Source: an uncultured Gammaproteobacteria bacterium (lineage in GTDB: Bacteria; Cyanobacteriota; Vampirovibrionia; LMEP-6097). From it: a stretch of 64,000 nucleotides of DNA. The stretch lies in NCBI GenBank assembly GCA_964551135.1, contig CAZKAT010000005.1, forward strand, positions 198,522 through 262,521, given 5' to 3'. This document shows positions 37,147 through 46,505 of the stretch, in pieces. The notes under the pieces were generated by a model, which had not been told where the DNA came from, searched no databases, and saw nothing but the letters and a program-made list of their open reading frames with translations. The translations under genes were made by a program, and so were the position numbers. The first letter of the stretch is position 1; every line of letters begins with the position of its first letter.

Positions 37147-39066
37147 ATGTGCGGAATAGTAGGGTTTACAAGTTTTAAGAATCTGGGTTTTGATAAAGAA
37201 AAAATCCTAACTGCTATGTGCCTTAGTATTGTGCATAGAGGGCCAGATGATGCAGGTATAGAGATCCAGGAGAAGATAAATCTCGGATTTAGAAGGTTAA
37301 GTATTGTTGGTTTAGAAACTGGTCATCAACCGATGTTTTCTTTTGATAAGAAACAGGTCATTGTATTCAACGGTGAAATCTATAATTATAAAGAGTTGAG
37401 AGCTTCATTAGAGAAGCAGGGTTTTCCTTTTAAGACTAATTCAGATACTGAGGTAATTATTAACCTTTATAAAAAATTGGGGCTTGATTTTGTAAAGCAA
37501 CTCAATGGTATGTTTGCTTTTGCTCTCTGGGATATTGATGAAGAGAGGCTCATACTAGCTAGAGATAGAATGGGAGAGAAACCACTCTTCTATCAACGCA
37601 AGGGTAATGAAGTTTTCTTTGCTTCTGAGCTTAAAGCACTGGTTAAGCATCCACATTGCTCGCGTGAGCTATCTAGTGAGGGTCTTAATAAGTATCTTAC
37701 TTATGAATATGTGCCAACGCCCTACACTATCCTTGATCAAGTATGGAAATTAGAAGCAGGTGAGATGGCTGTTATTACTGAACATGAAATGCATAAGAGT
37801 TTTTACTGGCAGCATCCTAATTATGGTTTCCAGGAAGGTACTGTTCATACTGAAAAAGAGGCTATCGAACAGATAGATTCCTTACTTGCTGATTCTATTA
37901 AAATACGTATGCAAGCTGATGTACCTGTAGGAGTGCTGCTTAGTGGTGGTATAGATTCTAGCTTGGTGACTGCAATTGCATCGAAAGTGAAAACCAGTAG
38001 CGAAAGAATTAAAAGTTTCTCTATATATTTTGATGAAGCTAGTTATGATGAATCAAGTTATATCAAGAAGATCGTTTCCAAATATGATCTAGAACATTAT
38101 TCTCAAACAGTTACCTCTAAAGATATGCTTTCTGTCTTTGGTCAGCTCGGTCGTATTATGGATGAGCCTATGGCTGATGCCTCTATAGTACCTACTTACT
38201 TCTTGTCACAGATGACCGCTAAAAATGTGAAGACTGTTATGGGCGGTGACGGTGCAGATGAAATGTTTGCTGGCTATCCAACTTATAGTGCTAATAAATT
38301 AGTGCAAATCTATAATATTATTCCTTATGAGCTTCGCTCTAGATTAACTACCTTATTTAGTAAGGCTCAAGGTTCAATAATCCCCATATCTAATAAAAAT
38401 ATTGCTTTGGACTTTAAGCTTAAGCAGTTTTTTAGAGGTGCAGGTGTGGCTAGTGAAATCCGCTTCTTTAGATGGATGGGTGGCTTTCTTGAGCAAGAGA
38501 AAAAGAACATTCTCAGTGCTCACTATCAGAATAAAATTCTTGGTCAGCTTACCTACTCTGATCTTAATAGATATTTGTCTAGAACTAATATTCATAATGA
38601 AACAGATAGATTACTTTACTTGAGTCAGAAGCTTTATTTAACAGATGATATTTTGGTTAAGTCTGATCGTGCTAGCATGCAGAACTCTCTAGAAATTCGT
38701 TCACCATTTCTAGATCATCGCTTAGTTGAATATGTTTCAATGTTGCCTGATAGGTTTAAATTAAAGACCCTACAAACTAAATATATATTAAAGAAAGTTG
38801 CTGAAAAATATCTTCCAGATGAGGTTATTTATAGACCGAAGAAAGGCTTCGGTATTCCTATAACTCAATGGCTGAGAGAAGATCTTAAGGAGCCAATGCT
38901 GGATTTATTGTCTAAGGATAGACTGGAATCTCAAGGTATTTTTGAATATAGTGGTATTAAGAAGCTTATAGATGATCATCTTGAGCATAAAACTAATAAT
39001 CGTAAATTGCTCTGGGCTTTACTAAGCTTGCAATTATGGATAGAAGAATATAAGCCTAATTTTTAA
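37147..39066 (+). CDS. asnB: Asparagine synthetase (glutamine-hydrolysing), AsnB-like amidotransferase.
   Basis: N-terminal MCGIVGF (class II GATase Cys2 nucleophile). SGGIDSS PP-loop motif. Full-length at about 640 aa. Confidence 0.9.
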   Translation: MCGIVGFTSFKNLGFDKEKILTAMCLSIVHRGPDDAGIEIQEKINLGFRRLSIVGLETGHQPMFSFDKKQVIVFNGEIYNYKELRASLEKQGFPFKTNSDTEVIINLYKKLGLDFVKQLNGMFAFALWDIDEERLILARDRMGEKPLFYQRKGNEVFFASELKALVKHPHCSRELSSEGLNKYLTYEYVPTPYTILDQVWKLEAGEMAVITEHEMHKSFYWQHPNYGFQEGTVHTEKEAIEQIDSLLADSIKIRMQADVPVGVLLSGGIDSSLVTAIASKVKTSSERIKSFSIYFDEASYDESSYIKKIVSKYDLEHYSQTVTSKDMLSVFGQLGRIMDEPMADASIVPTYFLSQMTAKNVKTVMGGDGADEMFAGYPTYSANKLVQIYNIIPYELRSRLTTLFSKAQGSIIPISNKNIALDFKLKQFFRGAGVASEIRFFRWMGGFLEQEKKNILSAHYQNKILGQLTYSDLNRYLSRTNIHNETDRLLYLSQKLYLTDDILVKSDRASMQNSLEIRSPFLDHRLVEYVSMLPDRFKLKTLQTKYILKKVAEKYLPDEVIYRPKKGFGIPITQWLREDLKEPMLDLLSKDRLESQGIFEYSGIKKLIDDHLEHKTNNRKLLWALLSLQLWIEEYKPNF

Positions 39067-39083
39067 CAATATTCATTTCAAAT

Positions 39084-39141
39084 CCCTCAAACCGGGAGGG
39101 GTTTGGTTCCGCCGCTTCGCGGCGGTTGCGCTGCGCGCGGC
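39084..39141. terminator. GC-rich cluster of three short hairpins between convergent genes, a likely bidirectional terminator.
   Basis: CAAACC-GGGAGG-GGTTTG at 39088-39105. CCGCCGC-TTC-GCGGCGG at 39109-39125. GCGC-TGC-GCGC follows. This is roughly 58 nt of about 75% GC inside AT-rich sequence, between the asnB stop at 39066 and the stop of the 39194..40225 gene. Confidence 0.5.
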
Positions 39142-39193
39142 TTAAGAAAAAATATAATGAAATTTAATTCAAATTATTTTTGGATGGGTGCGG

Positions 39194-40225
39194 TTATGCG
39201 TATAATTGATTAATAATTAATGGTTGATGTCTGATATTCAAGTCTCTGAAAATAATTGAAGAGTATATTTTACTATTAGTAATTCTTGTATCTTCCATTA
39301 CTACTGTCTCTTGTAATTCGGAGTTCTCTACTCTGCAACCATCAGCAATAGTAGTGAAAGGTCCAATAATAGAATTGCTGATCTTTACATTCTTGCCGAT
39401 AAACACTGGTCCCATGATATTAGAATCATCTATTACTGTATCGTTATGCACAGCTACATTACCCAGGATATAAGAGTTTCTGACACGTGAATTAACATTG
39501 TCAAACTTGCTTGAATCTATAAGCATAGTTTTATTAGCATCAAGTAAACCAATGCGCGTTCCAGAGTCAAACCAATAAGAGTCAAGTCTTTCTGTTTGTA
39601 CATTGAGTCCTGTTTCTACTTGCAAGGAGATAGCATCAGTAATCTCTAACTCCCCTCTGCCAGAAGGTTTGATTTTGCTAATAGCATCGAATATTTTACT
39701 GTTAAAGAGATAGACTCCGACAATCGCATAGTTAGAAACGAAAGTTTTAGGCTTCTCTACTAAACGTTGAGCCTTGCCACTTTCATCAAACTGCACTACT
39801 CCGAAATCATAAGGACGATCTACTGTCTTAATGAGAATTAAGCTATCAGATTTATTCTTATAGAAAGTCTCTTTTAAATCAACAAGGGGTTTGTCAAAAA
39901 GATTATCACCAAGCAATACCGTGAAATCGGAATTACCAACGAAACTTTTAGTACAATTAATAGCATGTGCTAATCCTAATGGCTCTTCTTGATAAATAAA
40001 ACTTATACGAGCATCGAATTTCGCAGCTGCAATACTTTCTTCGATTTGTTTACCTGTATGTGGGCTGAGAATAATGCAGATCTCATTTATATCTGCACGA
40101 CGCATATAATCAATACAATGAAATAAAATTGGTCTACCTAAAACAGGTACCAATTGTTTCGCATAGTTATTTGTGATAGGAGCGAGGCGCTGTCCTTTAC
40201 CGCCGGATAATATGACACCTTTCAT
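39194..40225 (-). CDS. Sugar-1-phosphate nucleotidyltransferase with a C-terminal left-handed beta-helix domain (RmlA / GMPP / GlmU-like).
   Basis: GVILSGGKGQRLAPIT (GGxGxRL motif). The C-terminal part is rich in hexapeptide-like I/V/L-G-x repeats (VIDDSNIMGPVFIGKNVKISNSIIGPFTTIADGCRVENS). Confidence 0.75.
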   Translation of the reverse strand: MKGVILSGGKGQRLAPITNNYAKQLVPVLGRPILFHCIDYMRRADINEICIILSPHTGKQIEESIAAAKFDARISFIYQEEPLGLAHAINCTKSFVGNSDFTVLLGDNLFDKPLVDLKETFYKNKSDSLILIKTVDRPYDFGVVQFDESGKAQRLVEKPKTFVSNYAIVGVYLFNSKIFDAISKIKPSGRGELEITDAISLQVETGLNVQTERLDSYWFDSGTRIGLLDANKTMLIDSSKFDNVNSRVRNSYILGNVAVHNDTVIDDSNIMGPVFIGKNVKISNSIIGPFTTIADGCRVENSELQETVVMEDTRITNSKIYSSIIFRDLNIRHQPLIINQLYA

Positions 40226-40308
40226 CCTAGTAATATTCCACTTATGTATAGATGTTTAAATATCCTCTATTTGGTGGAGCCTGAGTTCGGGGCATAATAT
40301 AGTAGCCT

Positions 40309-41292
40309 ATGCGTCACGCGAAAAAAATTTTACTCACAGGTTGCAATGGTTTTATTGGAACCAATTTTCTTAATCTTATTTATAAATCTTATCCTGATCT
40401 GGAGATTTTTAATATTGATAATTTAGATTTTGATATATCTAAAAACAATCATAAGGATAAAGATCCAGATAGATATCATTTCGTTCATGGTTCTATTTTG
40501 GATAAAGAATTATTGAATAAAATATTTGTTGCTAATAGATTTGATCAGATCATTAATTTCGCTGCTAACTCGCATGTGGATAATTCTATAACTAACCCAG
40601 AAGCTTTTACTGTTAACAATGTACTTGGTACTCAACGCTTATTAGATATGGCTCTTAAGTTTGAGCCTGAATTATTCTTGCATATTAGCACTGATGAAGT
40701 TTATGGTTCTTTAGATTTCAATTCTCCCTCTACTAAAGAAGATGCTCCTATACAACCTAATAATCCTTACTCAGCTTCTAAGGCTGCTGCTGATTGCCTT
40801 GTAAGATCTTATAATAGAACCTTTAAATTACCTTGTATTATAACTCGTTCTAGTAATAATTTTGGACCTTATCAGTATCCCGAGAAATTTATTCCAGTAG
40901 TTATAAGCAATGCTCTTAATAATCAATCCATCCCTGTCTATGGCACTGGAAACAATGTCAGAGACTGGATTTATGTAGAGGATAATTGTAGAGCTGTAGA
41001 TCTAGTGCGTAATAAAGGACAGATTGGAGAGATCTATAATATTCCTGGACATGAAGAAGTGCAGAATATTGATCTGGCTAAAACTATTCTCCAGGTTTTA
41101 GGTAAGGATGCATCTCTGATTAAGTTTGTAGAAGATCGTAAGGGACATGATCTGCGTTATTCTATGGATGGTTCTAAACTAAAAGCTCTTGGCTTTAAAC
41201 TAGAATCGAGTTTTGAAAATGATTTAGCTAAGACTATTGAATGGTATAAGCTTAATAGCCATTGGCTTAAAGTGAAGCCTGTTTTAGTGTAA
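40309..41292 (+). CDS. rfbB: dTDP-glucose 4,6-dehydratase (extended SDR).
   Basis: ILLTGCNGFIGTNF Rossmann loop, HISTDEVYGS and YSASKAAAD (the TDE...YxxxK catalytic residues typical of RmlB). Confidence 0.8.
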   Translation: MRHAKKILLTGCNGFIGTNFLNLIYKSYPDLEIFNIDNLDFDISKNNHKDKDPDRYHFVHGSILDKELLNKIFVANRFDQIINFAANSHVDNSITNPEAFTVNNVLGTQRLLDMALKFEPELFLHISTDEVYGSLDFNSPSTKEDAPIQPNNPYSASKAAADCLVRSYNRTFKLPCIITRSSNNFGPYQYPEKFIPVVISNALNNQSIPVYGTGNNVRDWIYVEDNCRAVDLVRNKGQIGEIYNIPGHEEVQNIDLAKTILQVLGKDASLIKFVEDRKGHDLRYSMDGSKLKALGFKLESSFENDLAKTIEWYKLNSHWLKVKPVLV

Positions 41293-41337
41293 ATATACTT
41301 TTCCCTTAATTTAGCTTTGCTAGAATAGTTTCTCACT

Positions 41338-42048
41338 ATGATGCCTTTTGCTGCTTTAGCTGTGATTATTGCTGTAAGTTTCAGTCTCTTTTTATTCAAT
41401 ACTTTTACTAGCTTTAAGAATTTTCACCAACAAAGTAAGGTTCTGAGTCTTTGGGATACTATGACCTTAGCTTCTACTAATAGAGTGGTGCATGAGACTA
41501 ATAGTTTTCTTGCGGCTTTGAAAGAATCTCTGCTACAAAGTATCAAATCATATGATCCTAGCAATGGCAGCGTTGATACTAGTCTTAATAGCGAGCGCAT
41601 TACTATTATTCAAGATTATTTATCTAAGTTAGATCTTAGTGCTAATAATCCGCTAAAAAACACTGTAGAATTTGGTTTGCATCCTTATAATAATCAAGGT
41701 TCTAAGAATTACAGTGACTCTTATGCTGCAACCTTGGTTCATTCAGATTATTTACCAATTAAAGTTAATGAAAACGATAAAGCCTATAGTTCATCCTTAA
41801 TTACTGATAATCGAGTGAGAGAGAAGATTGATATTAATGAACTTGAATCGGAAATTATAGATGGTCAGAAGCTTATAATTAGTTCTGATCTTTTAGCTAA
41901 GCTTGTTGATGCTGATTCCTTTAACCTTATAGAAGCTAATCCTGGGCTCTTTAATATAAAGATTAGTGATGAAGGACTGGGTTTAAATAATCTGCCAAAT
42001 GGAGTTGAAATAAATATTACTACTAAGGTAATTTCATCTCAAACATAG
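41338..42048 (+). CDS. Hypothetical membrane-anchored protein.
   Basis: N-terminal transmembrane helix MMPFAALAVIIAVSFSLFLF. No known motif. Confidence 0.35.
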   Translation: MMPFAALAVIIAVSFSLFLFNTFTSFKNFHQQSKVLSLWDTMTLASTNRVVHETNSFLAALKESLLQSIKSYDPSNGSVDTSLNSERITIIQDYLSKLDLSANNPLKNTVEFGLHPYNNQGSKNYSDSYAATLVHSDYLPIKVNENDKAYSSSLITDNRVREKIDINELESEIIDGQKLIISSDLLAKLVDADSFNLIEANPGLFNIKISDEGLGLNNLPNGVEINITTKVISSQT

Positions 42049-42670
42049 CATCAGCACTGGCTCTGGTGTAAAAATGTCCACCATTACGTCCGATGAAATC
42101 AGTTATTAGAGGATCTATTCTAGTGGTACCAGGTTTGAAAATCTTTTCATCAATATGAAACTTAACTACTTCACAGATTGCCATATTGCCGCCACCTGGA
42201 AACTTGCCGAAGTTTTTCATCTCCAGTAATTTACATTCCATCTGGAAGGGAGATTCTTTAACACGTGGAGCTTTAACTATGTCAGAGGCGATAGGAGTAA
42301 ATCCCGAAATCTGGAACTCATCTACTTCAGGAGCTAGATTAGCAGAGCATTTGACCATAGCTTCACCCATATCGTAAGTCACCATTTGAATAACACATTC
42401 TTGAGTGTCTACTAAATTAACATATGTGTCCTTGTATGGTCGCTCTGGATCATCAGTACAAGAAGGTCCAAACACTACTATAGGTGGCTCAGCACTCATG
42501 GCATTGAAGAAAGAATATGGTGCAAGATTGCAGATGCCATTCTTAGAGACTGTAGATACGAAAGCTATAGGACGTGGATTGATGCCACCGATCATAAGAA
42601 AGTACTTCTCGCTGTGATTTAATTCTGCTGCTGTTTTACTGTACATAAGACTTGTCCCGAAATCGCTCAT
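42023..42670 (-). CDS. Flavin reductase-like FMN-binding domain protein.
   Basis: GGINPRPIAFVSTVSKNGICNLAPYSFFNAMSAEPPIVVFGP matches the flavin-reductase-like domain. I moved the start to the ATG at 42670, just outside the inverted-repeat element. Confidence 0.7.
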   Translation of the reverse strand: MSDFGTSLMYSKTAAELNHSEKYFLMIGGINPRPIAFVSTVSKNGICNLAPYSFFNAMSAEPPIVVFGPSCTDDPERPYKDTYVNLVDTQECVIQMVTYDMGEAMVKCSANLAPEVDEFQISGFTPIASDIVKAPRVKESPFQMECKLLEMKNFGKFPGGGNMAICEVVKFHIDEKIFKPGTTRIDPLITDFIGRNGGHFYTRASADAMFEMKLP

Positions 42671-42770
42671 AGCTGCGTTACGCTCGCCCCTCGCCATCCT
42701 CATTTACGTCTAGTAAACTCCGGTGGCTCGGGACTCGCAAGCCTTGCTCTGAGCGATTTGGGAACAAGTC
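42649..42770. repeat. GC-rich element of about 122 bp bounded by 21-bp imperfect inverted repeats. It may be a MITE or REP-like element, or a long-range stem.
   Basis: Left arm GACTTGTCCCGAAATCGCTCA at 42649-42669. Right arm TGAGCGATTTGGGAACAAGTC at 42750-42770. The arms match in 19 of 21 reverse-complement positions. The interior is GC-rich (GCTCGCCCCTCGCC...GGTGGCTCGGGACTCGC). The element covers the called 3' end of the DCC gene. Confidence 0.5.
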
Positions 42771-43127
42771 TATTTTGCAAGCATTACTAATTTTAGATCT
42801 GTATTTGGCTATCACTTTGTAAACAGCCTCTGATACTAATTTAAATCCAGGTAAGTGATTGTAAAATTTCAACCAAATTCCCCAGCCTGATTTATAACTT
42901 AAGGCTTTGAAAATAGCGTGAGCACCAGAATAGACTTGATTATTTTCGACGAACTGGATTGCTCCATTAGATGCTTGGGCTGAGATGCCATACTTGCCAT
43001 CAGCGATATCATTTCTAGGTACATAATTAATTTGATCACCGACAATGCTTTTTAAGCGGGCGATACTGTTCTTGCAGAAGCCACAATCTGAGTCATAAAT
43101 AATAAAGCTCTTGTTAGACTTCTCCAT
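42678..43127 (-). CDS. DCC-family thiol-disulfide oxidoreductase (DUF393).
   Basis: IYDSDCGFCKN is the DxxCxxC signature of the DUF393/DCC family. The last ~29 codons (42678-42764) run through the GC-rich inverted-repeat element, so the native C-terminus is uncertain. Confidence 0.55.
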   Translation of the reverse strand: MEKSNKSFIIYDSDCGFCKNSIARLKSIVGDQINYVPRNDIADGKYGISAQASNGAIQFVENNQVYSGAHAIFKALSYKSGWGIWLKFYNHLPGFKLVSEAVYKVIAKYRSKISNACKIDLFPNRSEQGLRVPSHRSLLDVNEDGEGRA

Positions 43128-43145
43128 TAGCTATAATTCTCCCAT

Positions 43146-43481
43146 ATGGAGACTTTATTTGAGCAGGGTATTCAACTCTTTAACCAAGCTAGATACTTTG
43201 AAGCTCATGAAGTTTTAGAGAAATACTGGAAACAACTTCCAGCAGATGATTATAGGAAATTAGTACAGGGGCTTATTCAATGTGCTGTAGCCTTACATTT
43301 ATTAGACTGCAGTAGGCTTACAGGAGCAGAGAAAGTCTGGCTTAGAGCTCAGAAAAACTTTAAGGATAATACTGCTCACTTAGATAATATAGATCTAGAT
43401 AAGTTAATACAAGACATTTATAAGATTTTTGAGGGGTTTACAGAGGGAAGCGAGATAAATGTTAAAATTGCCTTGCATTAA
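43146..43481 (+). CDS. DUF309-family protein.
   Basis: [22 protein letters not shown] fits the DUF309 FN...YfEaHEvlE..W consensus. Confidence 0.55.
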   Translation: METLFEQGIQLFNQARYFEAHEVLEKYWKQLPADDYRKLVQGLIQCAVALHLLDCSRLTGAEKVWLRAQKNFKDNTAHLDNIDLDKLIQDIYKIFEGFTEGSEINVKIALH

Positions 43482-43486
43482 GCGTT

Positions 43487-44410
43487 ATGCCAGTACAGGA
43501 AGATACTAAATTAAACCATCTTAAGCAGCTCGAAGCGGAGTCTATTCATATTATTCGTGAAGTTGCTGCTGAGTTCAAAAATCCAGTCATGCTCTATTCT
43601 GTGGGCAAGGATTCTAGTGTTATGGTGCATTTAGCACGCAAGGCATTTTATCCAGCACCCGTTCCTTTTCCGTTCTTGCATGTGGATACTGGTTATAAGT
43701 TTCCCGAGATGTATGAGTTTCGTGATTGGTTTATTAAGAGTATTGGTGGTAAGCTACTTGTTTATCGTAACGAAGAAGCTATCGCTAATAAAATGAATCC
43801 CTTTAAGTATGGTACTGATAAGTGTTGTGCAGCACTTAAAACTGGTGGACTTCTAAGTGGACTTGAGAAATATGGTTTTGATGCAGCCTTCGGTGGCGCT
43901 CGCAGAGAGGAAGAGAAATCCCGCGCTAAGGAGAGAGTGTATTCTATTAGAGATGAGTTTGGTCAGTGGGATCCGAAGAACCAACGTCCTGAGTTGTGGA
44001 ATCTCTATAATTCTGAGATCAATGAAGGCGAGTCTATTAGAGTGTTTCCGCTTTCTAATTGGACTGAAGTGGATATCTGGGAGTATATTAAGATCGAGAA
44101 TATTCCTATAGTGCCTATTTATTATGCGCAAGATAGAGAAGTAGTAATCCGTAATGGAATAATTATTCCTATAGATAGATCAAGTGAATTCACTAGTCCT
44201 AAGGAAGGTGAAGAAGTAGTAATTCGTAAAACTCGTTTTCGTTCTCTTGGTTGTATGCCATGTACTGGTGCTGTTGTTTCAGATGTAACTACTATAGATG
44301 GCATCATCGAAGAAGCTAAGCTTGCACGTAAATCCGAACGTGAGAACCGGGTCATAGATCTGGGTTCAGACTCTTCAATGGAACAGAAGAAGAAGGAAGG
44401 GTACTTCTAA
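43487..44410 (+). CDS. cysD: Sulfate adenylyltransferase subunit 2.
   Basis: PAPS-reductase-fold PP-loop SVGKDSSV. The CysD-typical [16 protein letters not shown], and ELWNLYN...[15 protein letters not shown]. Confidence 0.9.
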   Translation: MPVQEDTKLNHLKQLEAESIHIIREVAAEFKNPVMLYSVGKDSSVMVHLARKAFYPAPVPFPFLHVDTGYKFPEMYEFRDWFIKSIGGKLLVYRNEEAIANKMNPFKYGTDKCCAALKTGGLLSGLEKYGFDAAFGGARREEEKSRAKERVYSIRDEFGQWDPKNQRPELWNLYNSEINEGESIRVFPLSNWTEVDIWEYIKIENIPIVPIYYAQDREVVIRNGIIIPIDRSSEFTSPKEGEEVVIRKTRFRSLGCMPCTGAVVSDVTTIDGIIEEAKLARKSERENRVIDLGSDSSMEQKKKEGYF

Positions 44411-45702
44411 TGAATAGTGCGACACTTAATGATAAATGTTCTGATGTGCAAGACATTCTCCGCTTCACTACTGTTGGTAGTGTGGATGATGGTAAGTCTA
44501 CTCTCATTGGGCGCATGCTTTATGATTCTAAGAGTATTTTTGAAGATCAATTAATTGCTGTTGAGAAGACTAGTTCTAAGAAAGGTTTCACCAGTGATGA
44601 AGGTATAGACTTCTCGCTACTTACTGATGGACTTGCTGCTGAGCGTGAACAAGGGATTACTATAGATGTAGCTTATAGATATTTCTCTACGCCTAAGCGT
44701 AAGTTTATTATTGCAGATACTCCTGGTCACGAACAATACACGCGTAACATGGTGACTGGCGCGTCGACAGCGCATCTTACTATCATACTTATAGATGCTC
44801 GTAAGGGTATCTTGAATCAGTCTCGCAGACATGCTTTGATATCAAGCTTGCTTGGCATCCCTAACTTCATCGTCGCTGTTAACAAGATGGATTTAGTAGA
44901 TTATTCTCAAGATGTTTTTAATAATATAGTTAATGATTTTAAAGTTTTGATAGCGAAGCTTGGTATCGATGAGTCTAAATTTAATTTCATTCCGATCTCT
45001 GCGCTTAAGGGTGATAATGTCGTAAATAAAAGTACTAATATGTCTTGGTATCAAGGTCCTAGTATTATTGATATCTTAGAGTCAGTAGATGTGCAGCATA
45101 ATATTACTCATTTACCTTTCCGTTTACCAGTGCAATACGTTATTAGAGTTGATACTCTAGAGAACCCAGATTTCAGAGGCTTTGCTGGGCAGATAGCTAG
45201 CGGTATTGTTAAAGTTGGTGACGAGCTTATAAGTTTACCTTCTGGTATGAAATCTAAGGTTAAGGCTATTGCTGATTTCTCTGGCAATATAGATGAGGCT
45301 ATCGCAAGGCAGTCAGTGACTCTTGTCTTAGAAGATGAGATAGATACTAGCCGCGGAGATATGCTTGCTAAGTTGGGTGAAGAAGTAACCCCAGTAAAAG
45401 AATTTAACGCAAATCTTTGCTGGATGTCAGAACAGAAGTTTGAATCAGGTAAGAAATATTTATTGAAACATACTTCTAATAAAGTTAAAGCAATGGCAAC
45501 CAAAATTAATTACAAGTTAGATATTAATAGTTATGAGAAACAAGACACTACTGAGCTTGGTTTGAATGACATTGCTAATGTAAGTTTTAAGGTTCTTAAA
45601 CCTCTATGTGTAGACAAGTATTCTGAGAATAGAATTACAGGTGCTTTTATACTGATTGACGAAATCACGAATAATACAGTAGCAGCTGGTATGGTTGTAT
45701 AA
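44410..45702 (+). CDS. cysN: Sulfate adenylyltransferase subunit 1 (GTPase). Only 430 aa, with no fused APS-kinase domain.
   Basis: G1 motif GSVDDGKSTL, DTPGHEQY and NKMD. Its start overlaps the cysD stop (TAATG). Confidence 0.9.
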   Translation: MNSATLNDKCSDVQDILRFTTVGSVDDGKSTLIGRMLYDSKSIFEDQLIAVEKTSSKKGFTSDEGIDFSLLTDGLAAEREQGITIDVAYRYFSTPKRKFIIADTPGHEQYTRNMVTGASTAHLTIILIDARKGILNQSRRHALISSLLGIPNFIVAVNKMDLVDYSQDVFNNIVNDFKVLIAKLGIDESKFNFIPISALKGDNVVNKSTNMSWYQGPSIIDILESVDVQHNITHLPFRLPVQYVIRVDTLENPDFRGFAGQIASGIVKVGDELISLPSGMKSKVKAIADFSGNIDEAIARQSVTLVLEDEIDTSRGDMLAKLGEEVTPVKEFNANLCWMSEQKFESGKKYLLKHTSNKVKAMATKINYKLDINSYEKQDTTELGLNDIANVSFKVLKPLCVDKYSENRITGAFILIDEITNNTVAAGMVV

Positions 45703-45710
45703 TATTAAAC

Positions 45711-46505
45711 GTGAGTATTTTAGATGACATAGTCGCCAATAAACGCATAGAAGTAGAAAAGCTGGAGGACTTTGAGGAGCTTGAGGATAAGATCTATGAT
45801 CTTAAAAGCTGTAAGGCTCTACCTAAGACTAGAGGTTTTAAGAAGAAGATTCGTGAAGTTGATGGTCCTGCGTTAATTGCTGAAGTAAAGAAAGCTAGTC
45901 CTAGTAAAGGTGTTATAAGAGAGAATTTTGATATATATGAAATAGCTAAGGCTTATCAAGATGGTGGCGCACATTGTTTTTCAGTGCTAACTGATTCTAA
46001 ATATTTCAAGGGTAGTTATGAGAACTTAATTGCTATCTCTAGTGAATATGATCTACCTTGCCTCTGTAAGGAATTTATAATCGACGCAAGACAAATATTA
46101 CAAGCACGTCTCTCTGGTGCTGATGCTATCTTGCTTATCGCTGCTATTTTAGATGATCTAGAGCTTTCAGAGTTTGGTGCTTTGGCTGATGAGTTTGGTA
46201 TGGATGTTTTATTAGAAGTGCATACTGAAGATGAGATGGATAGAGCCTTGAAACTTGATTTTGATTTGATCGGAATTAATAATCGTGATCTCAATACTTT
46301 TGAAGTGAATCTTGATACTACGGCTAAAATGATTAATAGATTTAAATTTGGTCTTTCTGGGATAACCTTAGTCTCTGAGTCTGGTATTAGTACTAAACAG
46401 GATATTGCCATCTTGCATCAGCTTGGAGTTAAAGGTTTCTTAGTTGGTGAGTCACTTATTAAGCAGCCTGACATCAGAACTGCGGTGCAGAACTTGATTT
46501 ATTAA
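45711..46505 (+). CDS. Indole-3-glycerol-phosphate synthase (TrpC) family protein.
   Basis: IAEVKKASPSKG, FSVLTDSKYFKGS and EVHTEDEMDRALKL...IGINNRDLNTFEVNL match the IGPS signature blocks. Confidence 0.7.
   Translation: MSILDDIVANKRIEVEKLEDFEELEDKIYDLKSCKALPKTRGFKKKIREVDGPALIAEVKKASPSKGVIRENFDIYEIAKAYQDGGAHCFSVLTDSKYFKGSYENLIAISSEYDLPCLCKEFIIDARQILQARLSGADAILLIAAILDDLELSEFGALADEFGMDVLLEVHTEDEMDRALKLDFDLIGINNRDLNTFEVNLDTTAKMINRFKFGLSGITLVSESGISTKQDIAILHQLGVKGFLVGESLIKQPDIRTAVQNLIY

Noticed and set aside
39084-42770. GC-rich islands at 39084-39141 and 42649-42770 as possible tRNA genes or tRNA fragments.
   Set aside because: On neither strand is there a cloverleaf arrangement, a T-loop GTTCRANYC box or a D-loop motif. 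The structures are simple hairpins or terminal inverted repeats.
42186-46411. Short ORFs on the opposite strand within the flavin reductase, cysD, cysN and trpC-like genes (42186-42377, 42405-42617, 43853-44131, 43857-44111, 44122-44355, 44617-44832, 45108-45503, 46016-46411).
   Set aside because: They lie in conserved, motif-rich enzyme genes. The Ala/Ser/Arg-rich translations are typical of spurious reverse-strand frames.
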